Shown: piece by piece, positions 48,699 to 62,819 of the stretch | How positions within the stretch are numbered: position 1 is the first letter of the stretch | Layout: every line of letters begins with the position of its first letter | Assembly (NCBI RefSeq): GCF_000143415.4 | Contig: NW_003314264.1 | Coordinates: 3,647,229-3,711,228 of the forward strand | Direction: 5' to 3' | DNA from: Selaginella moellendorffii | Lineage: Eukaryota > Plantae > Lycopodiophyta | Length of the DNA: 64,000 bases | Translations under genes and position numbers: made by a program | The notes under the pieces: model-generated | What the model saw: only the letters and a program-made list of their open reading frames with translations | Databases searched by the model: none | Told to the model about the DNA's origin: nothing

Positions 48699-50876
48699 TC
48701 AGAGCTTCGTTGCAGTCTTGTACAATTCCTGATTTTGATTTCTCCTTAGAGCCTTGTAAACCTCCAGCTCGACTCCATCAATGACAAACAAGTTAGCAAG
48801 CAAAACATAAGCACAGTTCCCTCCAAGACGGCTCCCACACTTTGGGAGCAAACTTAATATCTCACCAGCTGCTCTCGTGCCTCGCACCACCTGCTTGTGA
48901 CTCTTGCAAGCCCCAAGCAGCGACGTCCACTCCAACACGTCCGGAACCACAGGCATTGTAAGGATGAGTTCTTCCGCCTCAGCCAAGTAGCCCGATCGAG
49001 CAAGAGCATCGACCATGGAGCTGTAGTGGTGCTTCTCTGGAACGATCCCAAAATCCACTTGCATCGACACAAAACAGCACCGGCTCGCGTAAACTCTCCC
49101 GTGGTGGCAGCAAACGCCGAGCACCGCCGAGAAGCAGGCATCGTCCGGTCGAGCGTCCCCGACTTTCATCTCCTCGAACAGATTCAGAGCCTCGCTCAAG
49201 TGTCCCTTGATTACAAAGCTCGCCAGCATTGCTCCCCACAGCACCGTGTCCCTCTCGGGCATGCGATCAAACAGCTTCTTTGCTCGAGCGACGAACCCGC
49301 TTTGGGCATACGCGGCCAGCATCACCGTCCACGACACCAGGTCCTGCTGCGGCATCACCGTCTCGAACAAAGCTCTTGCCTGGCTCAAGTCGCCGAGCTC
49401 GCTGTACGCGGCCAGCATCACATTCCACGAGAACATATCCCTCTGTGGCATCTCGTCGAACATATGCTTGGCCTCGTCGATATGCCCGCTCCGGGCATAC
49501 GCGTCCTCCATAGCCGTCCAGGACACCAAGTTCTTCTCCGGCATGGAGTCAAACACCATCTTCGTCTTCGTGACATGCCCAGACACGGCACATCCGGTCA
49601 GCATGGCCGTCCAGGACACGATGTTCCGCTGTGGCATCGCGTCAAAGATGGCCTTCGCTTGCTCGACATGCCCGTTTTGAGCATACGCCGTGAGCATCGC
49701 ATTCCATGTGACAATGTCTCTTGTGTCGAGCCCGTCAAAGGCTCGCCTGGCCTCTCCCACATCCCCCGTGAGCGCGTGAAGCGAGATCAAAGTGCTCCAC
49801 GAAACCACGTTGTGCTGCGGCATCCGGTGGAAGAGCTTCTTTGCTTGATCCACCAACTCATTCCTCGCGAGCGCGCCCAAGAGCTCGTTCCACGAGCCTA
49901 AGTTCCTCTCCGGCATGTCAGCGAAGGTCTTCCTGGCCTCGGCGAGGTGACCGTTCTCGACGTAGGCCGAGAGCATCGCGTTCCAGGAGATGAGGTTTCT
50001 CTGTGGCATGGAATCGAAGACTCGCTTCGCGTCCTCGAGATGGCCGTTTTGCGAGTAGACCGACAGCAGCGCTGTCCAGGCTACGAGATCTCTGTGTGGC
50101 AGCTCTTGGAACATTCTCTGTGCGTCTTTGAGCCGGTTCTGGTGAGAGTAAACGACGAGGATCGCTGTGGCTGCGATGAGATCCCACTGAGGCATCTGGT
50201 TGTAGACAGCAATCGCAATATCCAGATGCCCGTTTTGGGCATATGCTGAAAGCATTGTGTTCCACGCTATGAGATCTCTAAGAGGCATTTCATCAAATAT
50301 AATCTTTGCGTCATTCACGTTTCCGTTTTTTCCAAAAGCGTCCAAAATCGTGCTCCACGATACGAGGTTCTTCTGCGGCATACGATCAAACGCCTGCTTG
50401 GTTTTGGAAAAATGCCCATTTTGGGCATACACAACTACGAGTGCGTTCCAAGAGATGAGATCCCACTGCGGCATTGACTCGAGCATCGCTTCCACCTCGT
50501 CGATCTTCCCCCTGCGAGCATAGGCCGCGAGCATCGCGTTCCACGACGAGAGCACCTTGCAGGGAAACGGCATGGAATCGAAGAAGCTCCGGGCCTCTTG
50601 GAGGCTGCCGGTGCGCGTGTAGGCGCCAAGCATGAGCTGCCACGAGAAATCGTCCCTCTCCCACGCCGCGATGCCATCGAAGACCTCCCGCGCGCGCTTG
50701 CTGCTGCCGCATCTGCCATACATCTCGATCAGCCGGTTGCGCACGAAGCACACAGCGTAGAGCTGCGGCTGCTGCTCCTGGATGACGAGATGGACGTCCT
50801 CCGCCATAGCCAGCGTCGCGCAAGCTTGGATTCGCTCGTAGCAGTCGCTCACGGTCTGGACGAGGAAGACGATCAT
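48699..50876 (-). CDS. PLS-type pentatricopeptide repeat protein with E-like C-terminus
   Basis: Intronless 725 aa; ~31-aa repeats (SWNAMLSAYAQNGH..EA..IFD.MP); HYSSMVDALARSG...WTSLLGAC. Confidence 0.93.
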   Translation of the reverse strand: MIVFLVQTVSDCYERIQACATLAMAEDVHLVIQEQQPQLYAVCFVRNRLIEMYGRCGSSKRAREVFDGIAAWERDDFSWQLMLGAYTRTGSLQEARSFFDSMPFPCKVLSSWNAMLAAYARRGKIDEVEAMLESMPQWDLISWNALVVVYAQNGHFSKTKQAFDRMPQKNLVSWSTILDAFGKNGNVNDAKIIFDEMPLRDLIAWNTMLSAYAQNGHLDIAIAVYNQMPQWDLIAATAILVVYSHQNRLKDAQRMFQELPHRDLVAWTALLSVYSQNGHLEDAKRVFDSMPQRNLISWNAMLSAYVENGHLAEARKTFADMPERNLGSWNELLGALARNELVDQAKKLFHRMPQHNVVSWSTLISLHALTGDVGEARRAFDGLDTRDIVTWNAMLTAYAQNGHVEQAKAIFDAMPQRNIVSWTAMLTGCAVSGHVTKTKMVFDSMPEKNLVSWTAMEDAYARSGHIDEAKHMFDEMPQRDMFSWNVMLAAYSELGDLSQARALFETVMPQQDLVSWTVMLAAYAQSGFVARAKKLFDRMPERDTVLWGAMLASFVIKGHLSEALNLFEEMKVGDARPDDACFSAVLGVCCHHGRVYASRCCFVSMQVDFGIVPEKHHYSSMVDALARSGYLAEAEELILTMPVVPDVLEWTSLLGACKSHKQVVRGTRAAGEILSLLPKCGSRLGGNCAYVLLANLFVIDGVELEVYKALRRNQNQELYKTATKL

Positions 50877-51166
50877 TTGACTGGCAATGCGTCAAAGTGA
50901 ATATTGTAATTTGACTCCGCCAGCTGGAGTTAAACATTGACTAGCATTGACTAGATAACTCGGCCGCCGGTAAACATTGACTAGCATTGGCTTTGACTTG
51001 GCACTAGAGCTGGCTAAACATTGACTAGCTAAACATGACGAGCATAGTACCGTTGGCTAAATATTGACTAGCATTGACTACATACTGTGCCACCGTTGAC
51101 TATAGCTGGTTACACTGTTGCTAGATATTGTGCTTTGACTCGGCCACCATTGACTAGAGCTGACTA
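50877..51166. repeat. Degenerate tandem repeat with ATTGACTAG core
   Basis: About 12 TTGACT hexamers in ~290 bp. Confidence 0.8.
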
Positions 51167-51283
51167 AAGATAGAGAGCACTCGCTACAAACAATGTACAA
51201 TTTCGCCGTTCTCCTCCTCTCTCGTCCTTGGTCGCGGGGAAGAAGCCAGTCTCACGCAGAGATCTCCAACTCGAGAGAGTGCG

Positions 51284-52302
51284 CTAAAACTGCCAATCCA
51301 GATACTCGTCCAGATCCTTGCTCGCCGCCGCCGCCGCCGCGTAGTCGAGCGCCGGGATGCTCGCCTTCATCTCCTTCTCGTACCAGCACAGATAGTTGAG
51401 CCCCACCAGGAGCTCCACGATGGACGCCTCCGCCTTGATCTGGTCCGCGAAGAAGAGCGTCTGGAGCAGCAGCACATTCGTCCGCGACACAACCTGCTGC
51501 TCGAAGTTGTGCTCCGACTGCCACCGGATCATGTTGTGCGCCAGCGGCGCCAGCCACCCAAGAATCTCCTCCAGGCTCTCCCGCCACGCCGCCGCGGTGG
51601 AGTTTTCCAGCCGGAGCACCGCCGCCTCGCCACCGCCGCCGCCATTGCTGGGCTTGAAGCAGGCCCTCAGCCTGGTGCGGAGTCCCACCCGGACGCTCTT
51701 GGGGAGCATCCGGTAGAGATCGTCGCGCGCGTCGTTGCCAACCAGCTGCGGGAACTTGACCATCTTCTCCACAATGATTATCACGTTTGCGTAGTGGAGC
51801 GCCAGCGCCGAGCCGCCCAGCGTCGACGATGGCGCCGTCTGCTGGATGAACTTCGGATCGAAGAAGAGCCGGCTGCTCGTCAGCCTCCCGTTCGGAACGT
51901 GGTGCCTCGATGGCTGCGACAGGAAGGTCCTGCTCGATCCGTTCCGGTACCCGTTGGTGGTAACGAAGGATCTCACCTCTTGTATCGCTGCCGGGTGTTC
52001 TTGAGGAGCATCGGTCGCGAGCGACGAGTTCTTGGCGGAAGGATCCATCACCGCCACCTCCGCCGAGGAAGTCCTCCGCGTCACCTCCGCCGACTGCTCC
52101 ACCGGGGACGTTGCTTGCGAGGTCTCCGTCCCCGACGATGGCGACGTGGAAGCTCCCAGCGACGATCCATTGCAAGGCGACGTAGCAGAGCCATTGCACG
52201 CTTCCACGAACGTCTGTGGTTTAGCACCACCTTTGGCACCGCCACCTCCTCCACCACCACCTCCGCCACCACAAAACTGGAGAAACGATCCAGAGGAAAC
52301 CG

Positions 52303-52340
<38 letters not shown>

Positions 52341-53188
52341 GAAAGAACTTGCGAGTGATTCGCCGAGAGCTGCTGTGAGAACCGGCCGCATCGATCGAAC
52401 CTCGCGAACTCGCCCAGGCCGAGGAAGCCGCTGTTGCAGTTCCCGTGATCCAATGCGGCCGGGGGACCGAAGACGCTGACGATCCGGCCATGGATCGTAC
52501 AGATGGTCCGGGCGAGCAGCATGACGATCTTGTCATACGTGCGGTTCCACAGCGACATGTCACGCAGGTACTTGATCTCCTGCCGCTGCCACGAGATCTT
52601 GTGCTCGAGCGCGCTGAGGTTGTCCCGCTGCTGCGACGAGGCCTCCGGATCGTCCTCGTGGATCCGCCGTACCGCCTGCTCCAGGTCCGCCAGGATCTCC
52701 AGCTCCTGGTAGAGGTTGCTGGTGCTGGCGATGTAGCGCTCCATCTTCTTCACCTTGGCCTCCATCTCCCGCGCGCTAAACTCGAGCGCGCTCACGTCGA
52801 TGGCCTGGCGGAGGATGTCCGCGAAGACGTGCTCGAATCCCTGCAGCGCAGCCTCCTGGCACCGCTTGCCCAGCCGCGCCACCGATCCCGCCAGCGCCAC
52901 CAGGTCCTGGAGCTTCTCGCGGCACGCCAGCCCCAGCAGCGCCGCCTCGCTGTCCGAGACGAGCTTGAGCACGCCCTCCGCCCGGATCACCTCGCCGCGC
53001 AGCCGGATCATCTCCTGGTCGCTCAGCGACTGCCACAGCACGATCGATTTGGACATGACGTTGGCCACCTCGAATGCCAGGATGGAGATCTTTGCCTTGT
53101 CGCCCCGCCCACCGCCGCCACCGCCGCCGCCGCCGCGCCGCTTATCCAATTTCCCTGCCGCCGCCTTGATCGAGCTCACTTGCCCCAT
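51284..53188 (-). CDS. DUF3475/DUF668 family (PSK SIMULATOR-like) protein
   Basis: ILAFEVANVMSK...LSDQEMIRLRGEVIRAEGV; TLGGSALALHYANVII...ARDDLYRMLP; MG start; polyQ and polyG tracts. Confidence 0.92.
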
Positions 53189-54267
53189 GACACCCGAATC
53201 CTATCCTGAGCCGCGTTCTAGTTCCTCCACTCCGCCATAGCCAGGGCTTGCTCTATCACTCCCCGCCCGCCATAGCCAGAGCTTCCACGGCGCTGAAAAC
53301 CACGGATGATCCCGAGACCCCATCGCCAGTGCGCTGCCTGGATTCAATGCGGCGCTGCTGCATTGTGGATGCGGACAGGAGTTACCTCGCGAAGAACCCT
53401 AGCGCCGGGAATTCCTGGATCTGGCAGCGCGCATTCGCCATAGCCTAGTAGTCTCCTCAAATCAATGCCGCAGGGGGGGAAAGCCGAGCGACCCACGAAC
53501 AGCTCCTCACCTAACAATCTCCAGCCCGGTCCAGAGACTGGATTGCTGACGCTCGCTCGAGAGAATCAAGCCAGTCCATCGAGCTGCCGCTCGCCGGTCT
53601 TCCTGCTACCGCCATAGCCCCTGCTGGAGACGCGATTCAAGGGCAAGGGCGCAGAAAAGGAGAGAGGGAGAGAGGGCACGAGGAAATCAATGGGAGTGAA
53701 TGCGCCCAGAGTGAATGCCAATGCCCTAAGCGCGAGAGAAGAGAGACTCTTTCTCTCTCTCTCACTCTCTCTCTCACGGCGTACGCGCAAAGGCAAAGAC
53801 GAGAGAAAGAGAGACCAACAAAACAAACAAAAAATAAAGCCTGGCGAAGGCTGGCTGGAGTTAGCTAGGATGCCACTTCAGTTGGAAAGCTATGGAGAGA
53901 AAAAAAGAGAGAAAAGAGTTTTTCCATCTCCATTCAAGGAGAGCGCATCTATCCGGGAATATGCTCTGTCGCCCCCACGGCAAGGTATATTCCGCCGGCT
54001 TAAGCGCTTTAAGAGCTCCTGGGAAATGGGAATAATTTGCGATTACATGACGACGAATCGCCTCGTCGTTTCCTGCCATTGTTTCTTATATGGTTTTCTT
54101 TTTCCTTTGATTTGATGATCCAGGAAAATTTCTTGCCGGAATAAAGAATCTCGATCGAAACTCGGGTCTTTTCCTTCCTTTTTTTCTTTGGATCGTTTCG
54201 GAGAGACTTGATGCTTGATGTTGCCATAGTTGAAAACCGTGACACAGCGGAACTCCCTCCCATAATG

Positions 54268-54271
<4 letters not shown>

Positions 54272-54310
<39 letters not shown>
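54272..54310. repeat. (CT)n microsatellite
   Basis: Pure CT run; a shorter one lies at ~53752-53775. Confidence 0.95.
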
Positions 54311-54312
<2 letters not shown>

Positions 54313-55304
54313 CCTCCTTTTTTTCTTGGTTCTTTAACATCGCCCATCTGTAAAGCAGCACCTACAACTGATGAGTATAATCTCAACATGGCCAACCCAA
54401 ACAACCGAAAATCTCACCTGGCCTCCATGGCTTTTCGGCTCGCTCGCTTGCTTGCCACCTAACAAGCCATCGTAATCTAGCGCAGCCTGCCCGCCTTCGT
54501 TCGAACCAACGACAAGGCCGTGTCGATTGTGTTGTGTGTCCATTCCAGAAGTGGTGGCAAGCTTCCATTTAAGAAAAAATCACACATATGCTCCTGCCAC
54601 TGCTGCTGCTGCTGCTACTTCTCTGCGTCGAATTCCAGATAATTCTTTAGAAAACAAAAATATATAAAAGAAAGAAAAACCAAAGCTTAGCTTGGCAGTA
54701 AGTGGCATTTGTCACTGTACCTTAAGTTCGTGGATTTTATTCGCCTGCTTGTTGCGGATTGTTTGGCGCTTTTGCGAGCTGCTGGCGCTCGCTCACGGTC
54801 TTTTCCTTGGACTCCGTCCATGGCCGCAGTTAAAACTTCGTGTTCTTCCCGATGGCGTTGCTGGCATGGCTGCAAGCACGCGTTCCTGTTCCTGTGTGCG
54901 AGACGAATAAAATACAAATCGCTGCTTCAGAGTTTCGAAATATATGCTTAACTTTAGGAGACGAATCGGTACGGGTCGAGACGCGCTTTGGGAAGATTAA
55001 GAAACGCGATTATGTGCATGCTTTTCGTAAATCGCTGTGTATATGCTGCAAAAAGAATTCACAGCGAGAAGTTAGCTGAGAGTGCTCTCCAGACAGACAA
55101 TCGATTTGGTTTCGTACAGAAACTGAATCCTTGTTTTCATGGAACCTGGAAAAACAAGATCTTGCTTAGAAATGCACGCGTGACCTGGCCTCCCGGAGTT
55201 CATAATGCTCGCGATTTGTCATCATTGTCCGTAGGCTGTAAAGTGAGAGAAATGTGAATTTTGAAGCGAATGCTTGATTCACACTTACGTCGCCGCCTTC
55301 CACT

Positions 55305-57254
55305 TTACGCTTCCGCAGATCCAATGTTTGGGACGGGTCCTTGGAACCAATGCCTCCCACTTAAAAACCAGTAACCCAATGTGAACATCGACACGCCTCC
55401 CAGCGCGACCGGAGCATAATTGAGCGTCTCTATCGTGACGGGATACGCCACCGGCAGGCAAAACAAGACGGTGCTCACCATCACCCAGCCAACAGCCAGC
55501 CAGCCAATGATGAGCGAAAATCTTCCGAGGTGGAACGGCCCCCGAACGAAGTTGCGCCTTGCGAATGTAACGCGAAGCAGTATCGGCAGACCATAGGCGA
55601 TATCAAGTGAAATTGTGCTGATAGAAACCGTGGCTTGAAATGCAACTGCGCTCGCCAGATACTGATAGCAAGCTGGAGCTTATTAAAGCAAAGCAGGAAA
55701 CAGACATGGAACATACCGGTAAAGCCAGACAGAAGGCCACGACAACGCACAAGAAAACTGCGTTGCCAGGAACCTCCTTCCCGTTCAGCTTATGCCAGAA
55801 ACGCGACAGAGGTAAGGCTCCATCTCTAGAGAACGCATATGTCATCCTGGGAAATAAGACGAGCCTTCGTTAAGATTATGACAAACTTAGAAACGCAAAC
55901 GATACCTTGAAGTTGTTGTAACACTGAGCAATCCACAGAAGTAGAGCCCTCCGCAAGGTATTATCAACAGGAGAAAACTCCATCTTGCATCGTGGAAATG
56001 GCTCTCAAAACCATTATAAAGCAGCTGCGCAATCGCGTATCCTTTGGTGTCATTGCTTGCGTCCAGTAAGTGTGGAACATCAATGCTCGTGAACACCAGG
56101 GGTAAAAGGTAAATAGTCCCCAGTAGGACGGAGCCTAGAACCGCGCCAATGATGCCATAACCACCGGTTTTGTCGGCGGTCTTTGTCTCCTCGGACTGCA
56201 AGATGGTCGTAAGTCAAGGTCGACATCTAAATGCAGAAAGACAAAGTACGTACCATGTGAGCCGCAGAGTCGTATGCCAAAAGGGTGTATTGGCTCATGA
56301 GCAATCCCAGTAAAAATGTGTATGGCTTGCTGTGAATCCCGGTGCTGCTGTCTTGGTTGAAGTTGCTGAACACTGATGATGCTTTTTGCCGAGGCAAAAG
56401 CGCCAGAAGGAAAGCTCCAATCATAATCACACCTGCAGCAGGACCTCAGAAAGATACACACAAGTGCTAACGAAATGTTACCCAAGATGTTCCACAAAGC
56501 AGCGATGTTTCCCAGCCAAGAAAACCATCGAATATTAAGCATGTTGATCAGTCCATGGAGCAAGAGTATTGCACCGTAAATGCAGACAACCACGTACTTG
56601 GAAGCATAGTAGCCGCCTCCGTTACCCCCTCCAGTGCTTACAAGGATTGTCACTTGTAGCAACAGCGCGAGTGAGAAACAAACGCTCGCTGTTCCCGACC
56701 ACTGCATTACAGTCAAATATGTTCAGAGACTTGCACACCAATGAACGGGATCATAGTACCAGTCCAGCAATGTTGAACCTGGAATCCACCACTTCAGCGC
56801 TTCACATTACAAGAAACTTTCACTTACCATCCGGTCATCCATGCCATAAACGGTCCCCATTTGCGGCCTGCGAGCTTGTAACTCCAGAAGTAGAGGCCGC
56901 CCGATGTAGGATACGCTGAGCAAATCTCTGCCATGGACAGGGCAATACACATGGTGAAGAAGCACACTATAGGCCATCCATAAACGATGGACACCGGGCC
57001 TCCATATCGAAGGCCAGTGTTGTACGTCGGAGTGACTCCAGTAAGTATGGACACCACTGAGAAGCACATCGCAACATTTGCTAGAGGCCTGCAAAATCAG
57101 AAAAAGATTTTGACAATGACAGAACAGAAATTTGCACTTACGACATGGAGCGCTTGAGCTCCTGTTTGTATCCAAGCTCTTGAAGCCGCCGCTGGCCGGA
57201 GTCGATCTTCTCTTCGTCCATTGTCGCGAGAATTGATCTCGCTTCCATTTCCAT
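55305..57254 (-). CDS. BAT1/GABA-permease-like amino acid permease, copy 1 (multi-exon)
   Basis: DSGQRRLQELGYKQELKR; SMAEICSAYPTSGGLYFWS; YDSAAHM|SEETK; YAFSRDGALPLS; RHWFQGPVPNI; short GT-AG introns. Start codon choice uncertain. Confidence 0.9.
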
Positions 57255-58312
57255 CTTCAAGTCCTCGTGATGTGGTGAAGACGAGTGTCCCACAAGGTGC
57301 TTCATAGATCGAAAAGACTTATAGTCAAGCACTGACTCGATCGATTACAAAATCTACGAAAGAAAGAGTCAAAGAGCGGCGTATGTCGTATTATCACCTG
57401 CCGTTCAGCCGCGACAGCCGTGAATATACTCAAAGCAACAGCCAGACACCAGTCCAAATTCGACAACGCTTAGCCTCTACAAAAAATCAAGTTTTTAGAG
57501 TTCTTCCGATCTACAGAAAACCAATCAATCAGAAGAAATTACCTACAGATCTGGATCTGGCGCTGCCGTCTCTACACCTGACTGAAGAAGCGAAGCAGAT
57601 GTTGGACAAATAAGTGATGGTCAACTTCTCACAGTAATAAGAAAAATATTCTCTCCCTTGCATAAAATACAGTGTTTATAGACTATTCATACGCACATTA
57701 ATTCAGCGCTATTCTTTCCAATTAACGTTAAGATTTCAAAAGCAAGCAACACTGTAAAAGATTACAAGCACGCACACACTATTAGACACAAAAGGTGAAC
57801 GAAAGAAACTTCAAACACTAGAAAAAAGCATCCATCCCGCACAGGCTCTACCTAAAAGTCATATATCTTCGCATTCAGATATCAAGCATATGGTAAAAAA
57901 AGCGATCTTTAGTAGAAATACAGCATTATTGACTCGGCGAGTATACACAGCCAAAGAGCTTACCATCGATTTTTTTACCGACGAGGATCATATCAGTGCA
58001 CTTTGAGAATTCGCAGATTAAGAAATGAGATTATGTGCACGCATTTCGTAAAACGCTGTGTGCTGCAAAAAGAATTCACAGCGACAAATTAGCTGAGAGG
58101 CCTCTCCAGAGAGACAACGTATCTGCTCGATCTGGTTTCGTACAGAAACTGAATCCTTGTTCTGGAAAAACAAGATCTTGCTTAGAAATGCACGCGTGAC
58201 CTGGCCTCTCGGAGTTCATAATACTCGCGATTTGTCATCGTTGTCAGTAGGCTGCAAAATGAGAGAAATGTGAATCTTGACGCGAATGCTTGATTTACGC
58301 TTACCTCGCCGG

Positions 58313-60253
58313 CTACGTTTCCAAAGATCCAATGTTTGGGACGGGTCCTTGGAACCAGTGCCTCCCACTTAAAAACCAGTAACCCAATGTGAACATCGAC
58401 ACGCCTCCCAGTGCGACTGGAGCATAATTGAGCGTCTCTATCGTGACAGGATACGCCACCGGCAGGCAAAATAATACGGTGCTCACCATCACCCAGCCAA
58501 CAGCCAGCCAGCCAATGACGAGAGAAAATCTTCCGAGGTGGAGCGGCCCCGGAACGAAGTTATGCCTTGCGCCTGTAACGCGAAGCAGTATCGGCAGACC
58601 ATACGCAATATCAAATGCAATTGTGGAGATAGAAAGCGTCGCTTGAAATGCAACTTCGCTTGCCAGGTACTGAAAGCAAACTGGAGCTTACTAAAGCAAA
58701 GTTGAAAGAACATACCGGTAAAGCTAGACAGAAGGCAACGACAATGCACAAGAAAACTGCGTTGCCAGGAACCTCCTTCCCGTTCAGCTTATGCCAGAAC
58801 CGCGACAGAGGTAAGGCTCCATCTCTAGAGAACGCATATGTCATCCTGGGGGAAAAGGCAAGCGTTCGTTGAGACTAAGACCAAGTTAGTAACACAAAAA
58901 GGATACCTTGAAGTTGTTGTAACACTGAGCAATCCACAGAAGTAGAGCCCTCCGCAAGGCATTATCAACAGGAGAAAACTCCATCTTGCATCGTGGAAAT
59001 GGCGCTCAAAACCATTATAAAGCAGCTGCGCAATCGCGTATCCTTTGGTGTCATTGCCTGGGTCTAGTAAGTGTGGAACATCAATACTCGTGAACACCAG
59101 GGGTAAAAGGTAAATAGTTCCCAGCAACACGGAGCCTAGAACCGCGCCAATGATGCCATAACCACCGGTTTTGTCGGCGGTCTTTGTCTCCTCGGACTGC
59201 AAGATGGTCGTAAGTCAAGGTCGACATCTAAAAGCCTACGTACCATGTGAGCCGCAGAGTCGTATGCCAGAAGAGTGTATTGGCTCATGAGCAATCCCAG
59301 TAAAAATCTGTATGGCTTGCTGTGAATCCCGGTGCTGCTGTCTTGGTTGAAGTTGCTGAACACTGACGATGCTTTTTGCCGAGGCAAAAGCGCCAGTAGG
59401 AAAGCTCCAATCATAACCACACCTGCAGTAGGACACCTCAAAAAGGCACACGCAAATGCTAACGAAATGTTACCCAAGATGTTCCATAAAGCAGCGATGT
59501 TTCCCAGCCAAGAAAACCATCGAACATTAAGCACGTTGATCAGTCCATGGAGCAAGAGTATTGCACCGTAAATGCAGACAACCACGTACTTGGAAGCATA
59601 GTAGCCGCCTCCATTAGCCCCTCCAGTGCTTACAAGGATTGTCACTTGTAGTAACAGCGCAAGTGAGAAACAAACGCTCGCTGGTCCCGACCACTGCATT
59701 ACACACGAATGTGTTGAGAGACTTGAGCACCAATGAACGCGATCATAGTACCAGTCCAGCAATGTTGAACCTGGAATTCACACCACTTCAGCGCTTCACC
59801 TAATCTTAGAGCAAACTTTCCCTTACCATCCGGTCATCCATGCCATAAACGGTCCCCATTTGCAGCCTGCGAGCTTGTAACTCCAGAAGTAGAGGCCCCC
59901 TGATGTAGGATACGCTGAACAGATTTCTGCCATGGACAGGGCAATACATGTGGTAAAGAAGCACACTATAGGCCATCCATAAACGATGGACACCGGGCCT
60001 CCATATCGAAGGCCAGTGTTGTACGTTGGAGTGACTCCAGTAAGTATGGACACCACTGAGAAGCACATCGCAACATTTGCTAGAGGCCTGGAAAACCAGC
60101 AAAGGATTTTGACCATGACCAAATACAAATCTGCACTTACGACATGGATCGCTTGAGCTCCTGTTTGTATCCAAGCTCTTGAAGCCGCTGCTGGCCGGAG
60201 TCGATCTTCTCTTCGTCTATTGTCGCGAGAATTGATCTCGCTTCCGTCTCCAT
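58313..60253 (-). CDS. BAT1-like amino acid permease, copy 2
   Basis: Same exon structure and motifs; highly similar to copy 1 including flanks. Confidence 0.9.
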
Positions 60254-60926
60254 CTTTTATGTCCTCGTGATGTGGCGAAGATGAGTGTCCCACTATGTGC
60301 TTTATATATCGAAAACACTTGCGGTGAAGCACTGATTCGACCGATTACGCAAACTACGAAAGAAAGAGTCAAAGAGCGGTGTATGTCGTATTATCACCTG
60401 CCGCAGCCGTGAATATACTAGAAGCAACGGCCAAGCAGCAGTCCAAATTCCAAACTGCCAAAGCTCAAAGCCTGCACAAAAAATCAAGTATTTAGAATTC
60501 TTCCCACTTTTGATGTACACAAAACATCAAAATAAATTATCTGTAGATCTGGATCTGGCGCTACCGTCTCTACACCTGAGTGAAGAAGCAGATGTTGCGC
60601 AAATAAGTGATGGTCAACTTCTTACAGTAACAAAATAAAATAAAATCCTCACCGAACGAATAGCGCAGAACTAATGCAAGAATGTGAATTCAAACAACGT
60701 TAAGATTTCAAAGAAAGTTAAAAGCTTGCAAGCACGCGCGTCAGAGCATAAACTATCAGAGACAAAAGGTGAACGAAGAAACTTCAAACACTAGGGAAAA
60801 AGGAAAGCATCAATACATTTATAAGTCAGATATTTCACATCCAGATATAAAGCATATGGTAAAGAAAGCGTTCTTATTAGAAAACTCTATACACAGCGAA
60901 AGGATGCAGTAGCTTACCGACGAGGA

Positions 60927-62819
60927 TCATATTTCTACGCACTCATAGTTTGGTACTGGTCCTTGGAACCAATGTCTTCCACTCAAAACCCAGTACGCCA
61001 AGGGGATTATTGCGAAACCTCCAAGTATAACTGGAGCATAATTCAGCGTCTCTGTTGTAACAGGATATGCCACCGGTAAGCAAAATAACACGGTAATCGT
61101 CATGATCCAGCAAACAGCTAGCCATCCAATAACGATAGAAAATTTCCCAAGATGGAGTGGCCCAGGAACAAAACTGTGCCTTGCAACTGTTACACGTAGT
61201 AGTATTGGAATCATATAAGCAACACTGATGGAAATCGTTGCAATAGACAGCGTTGCCTGGAACGCAACTGCGCTTGCCAGATACTGGAAGCAAGCCAAAG
61301 TGTTAGACGAAGAAAAGAAATGCAAACGATCATACCGGTAAACCCAACACAAATGCAATCACAATGCCTACAAGAACTGCATTGACTGGCACCTCTCTTT
61401 TGTTCAATCGATGCAAGAGCCGTGAGAGAGGTAAAGCTCCGTCTCTAGAAAACGCATAACACATTCTGGAAGGAGAGAACACTTAATCACGGCATAGATA
61501 AAGATGCGTACCTCGATCCCGCAGTAACGATGAACATTCCACAAAAAAAGATAAGAACACAGGGTATCATCAGTAGAAAAGCGCTCCATCTTCCGTTGTC
61601 AGAGTGGCTCTTGAATACATCATAAAAAAGTTGCGCTATTGCATAGCCCTTCGTGTCATTATCCGGATTCAGTAAGTGTGGAGTGTCACCGCTTGTAAAC
61701 ACCAGAGGAACAAGGTATAAAGTTCCCATTACGACGGATCCTACAACAGCTCCAACTATCCCATAACCACTAGTCTTATCTCCTGCTTTTGTCTCCTCAG
61801 ACTGTAGCATTTCCAGAAAAACTAAAATGATTCCAAAGAAAAAAAGAACACATACCATGTGAGCAGCAGAATCGTATCCCAAAAGTGTGTACTGGCTCAT
61901 TAGCAATCCCAGCAAAAATATGTATGGCTTACTGTGGATCCCAGCGCCATTTTCCTCATTAAAAGAGGTAAATACAGTTTGTGCACTTTGACGAGGCAAT
62001 AATGCCAGAAGAAAAATTCCAATGACAAACACACCTGCAACACAACTCAAGCAGAGACTCAAAAAATGCAGAAGAGCTTACCCAATATGTTCAAGAAACC
62101 AACCACAGTACCGAGCCACGATAACCATCGAATGCCGAGCACGTTGATGAGTCCACAAAGTACCAGTATACCACCGTATAGGCAGACTACCACATACTTT
62201 GAGGCATAGTAACCACCTCCATTGCTTCCCCCTGTACTTACGAGAATTGTCACTTGTAGCAATAGTGCTAGAGAGAAATTAACGCTCGCTGTTCCCGACC
62301 ACTACATACGCGATGAACGTCGTTAAGGAGTATCAGTGCACGATCATATTACCATTCCAGCGATGTTGAACCTGAAACATAACACGGAATAAGAGCCGAT
62401 ACAAAAAATTGAATCTGCTAACCATCCGGTCATCCAGGCCGTAAATGCTCCCCATCTTCGTCCTCCAAGCTTGTAGCTCCAGAAGTAGAGACCACCAGAT
62501 GTAGGATAGGCGGAGCAAATTTCCGCCAGAGACAGAGCGATACACAGCGAAAAGAAGCATACGATCAGCCATCCGTAGACAATGGAAACAGGCCCTCCAT
62601 ATCTGAGACCAGTGTTGTACGTCGGGGTAATGCCAGTAATTATAGAAATAATTGAGAAACACATGGCAACATTGCCTAGCGGCCTGCAAGAACACCAGGA
62701 ATCTTAATCGCCAGAAATTCAATCCAAATGTGTACTTACGACATAGAACGCTTCAACTCCTGCTTATATCCAAGCTCTTGCAGTCGCCGTTGCCCCGAAT
62801 CCATCTTCGCAGCGTCCAT
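60927..62819 (-). CDS. BAT1-like amino acid permease, copy 3 (more diverged)
   Basis: MDAAKMDSGQRRLQELGYKQ; SLAEICSAYPTSGGLYFWS; GRHWFQGPVPN. Confidence 0.9.
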
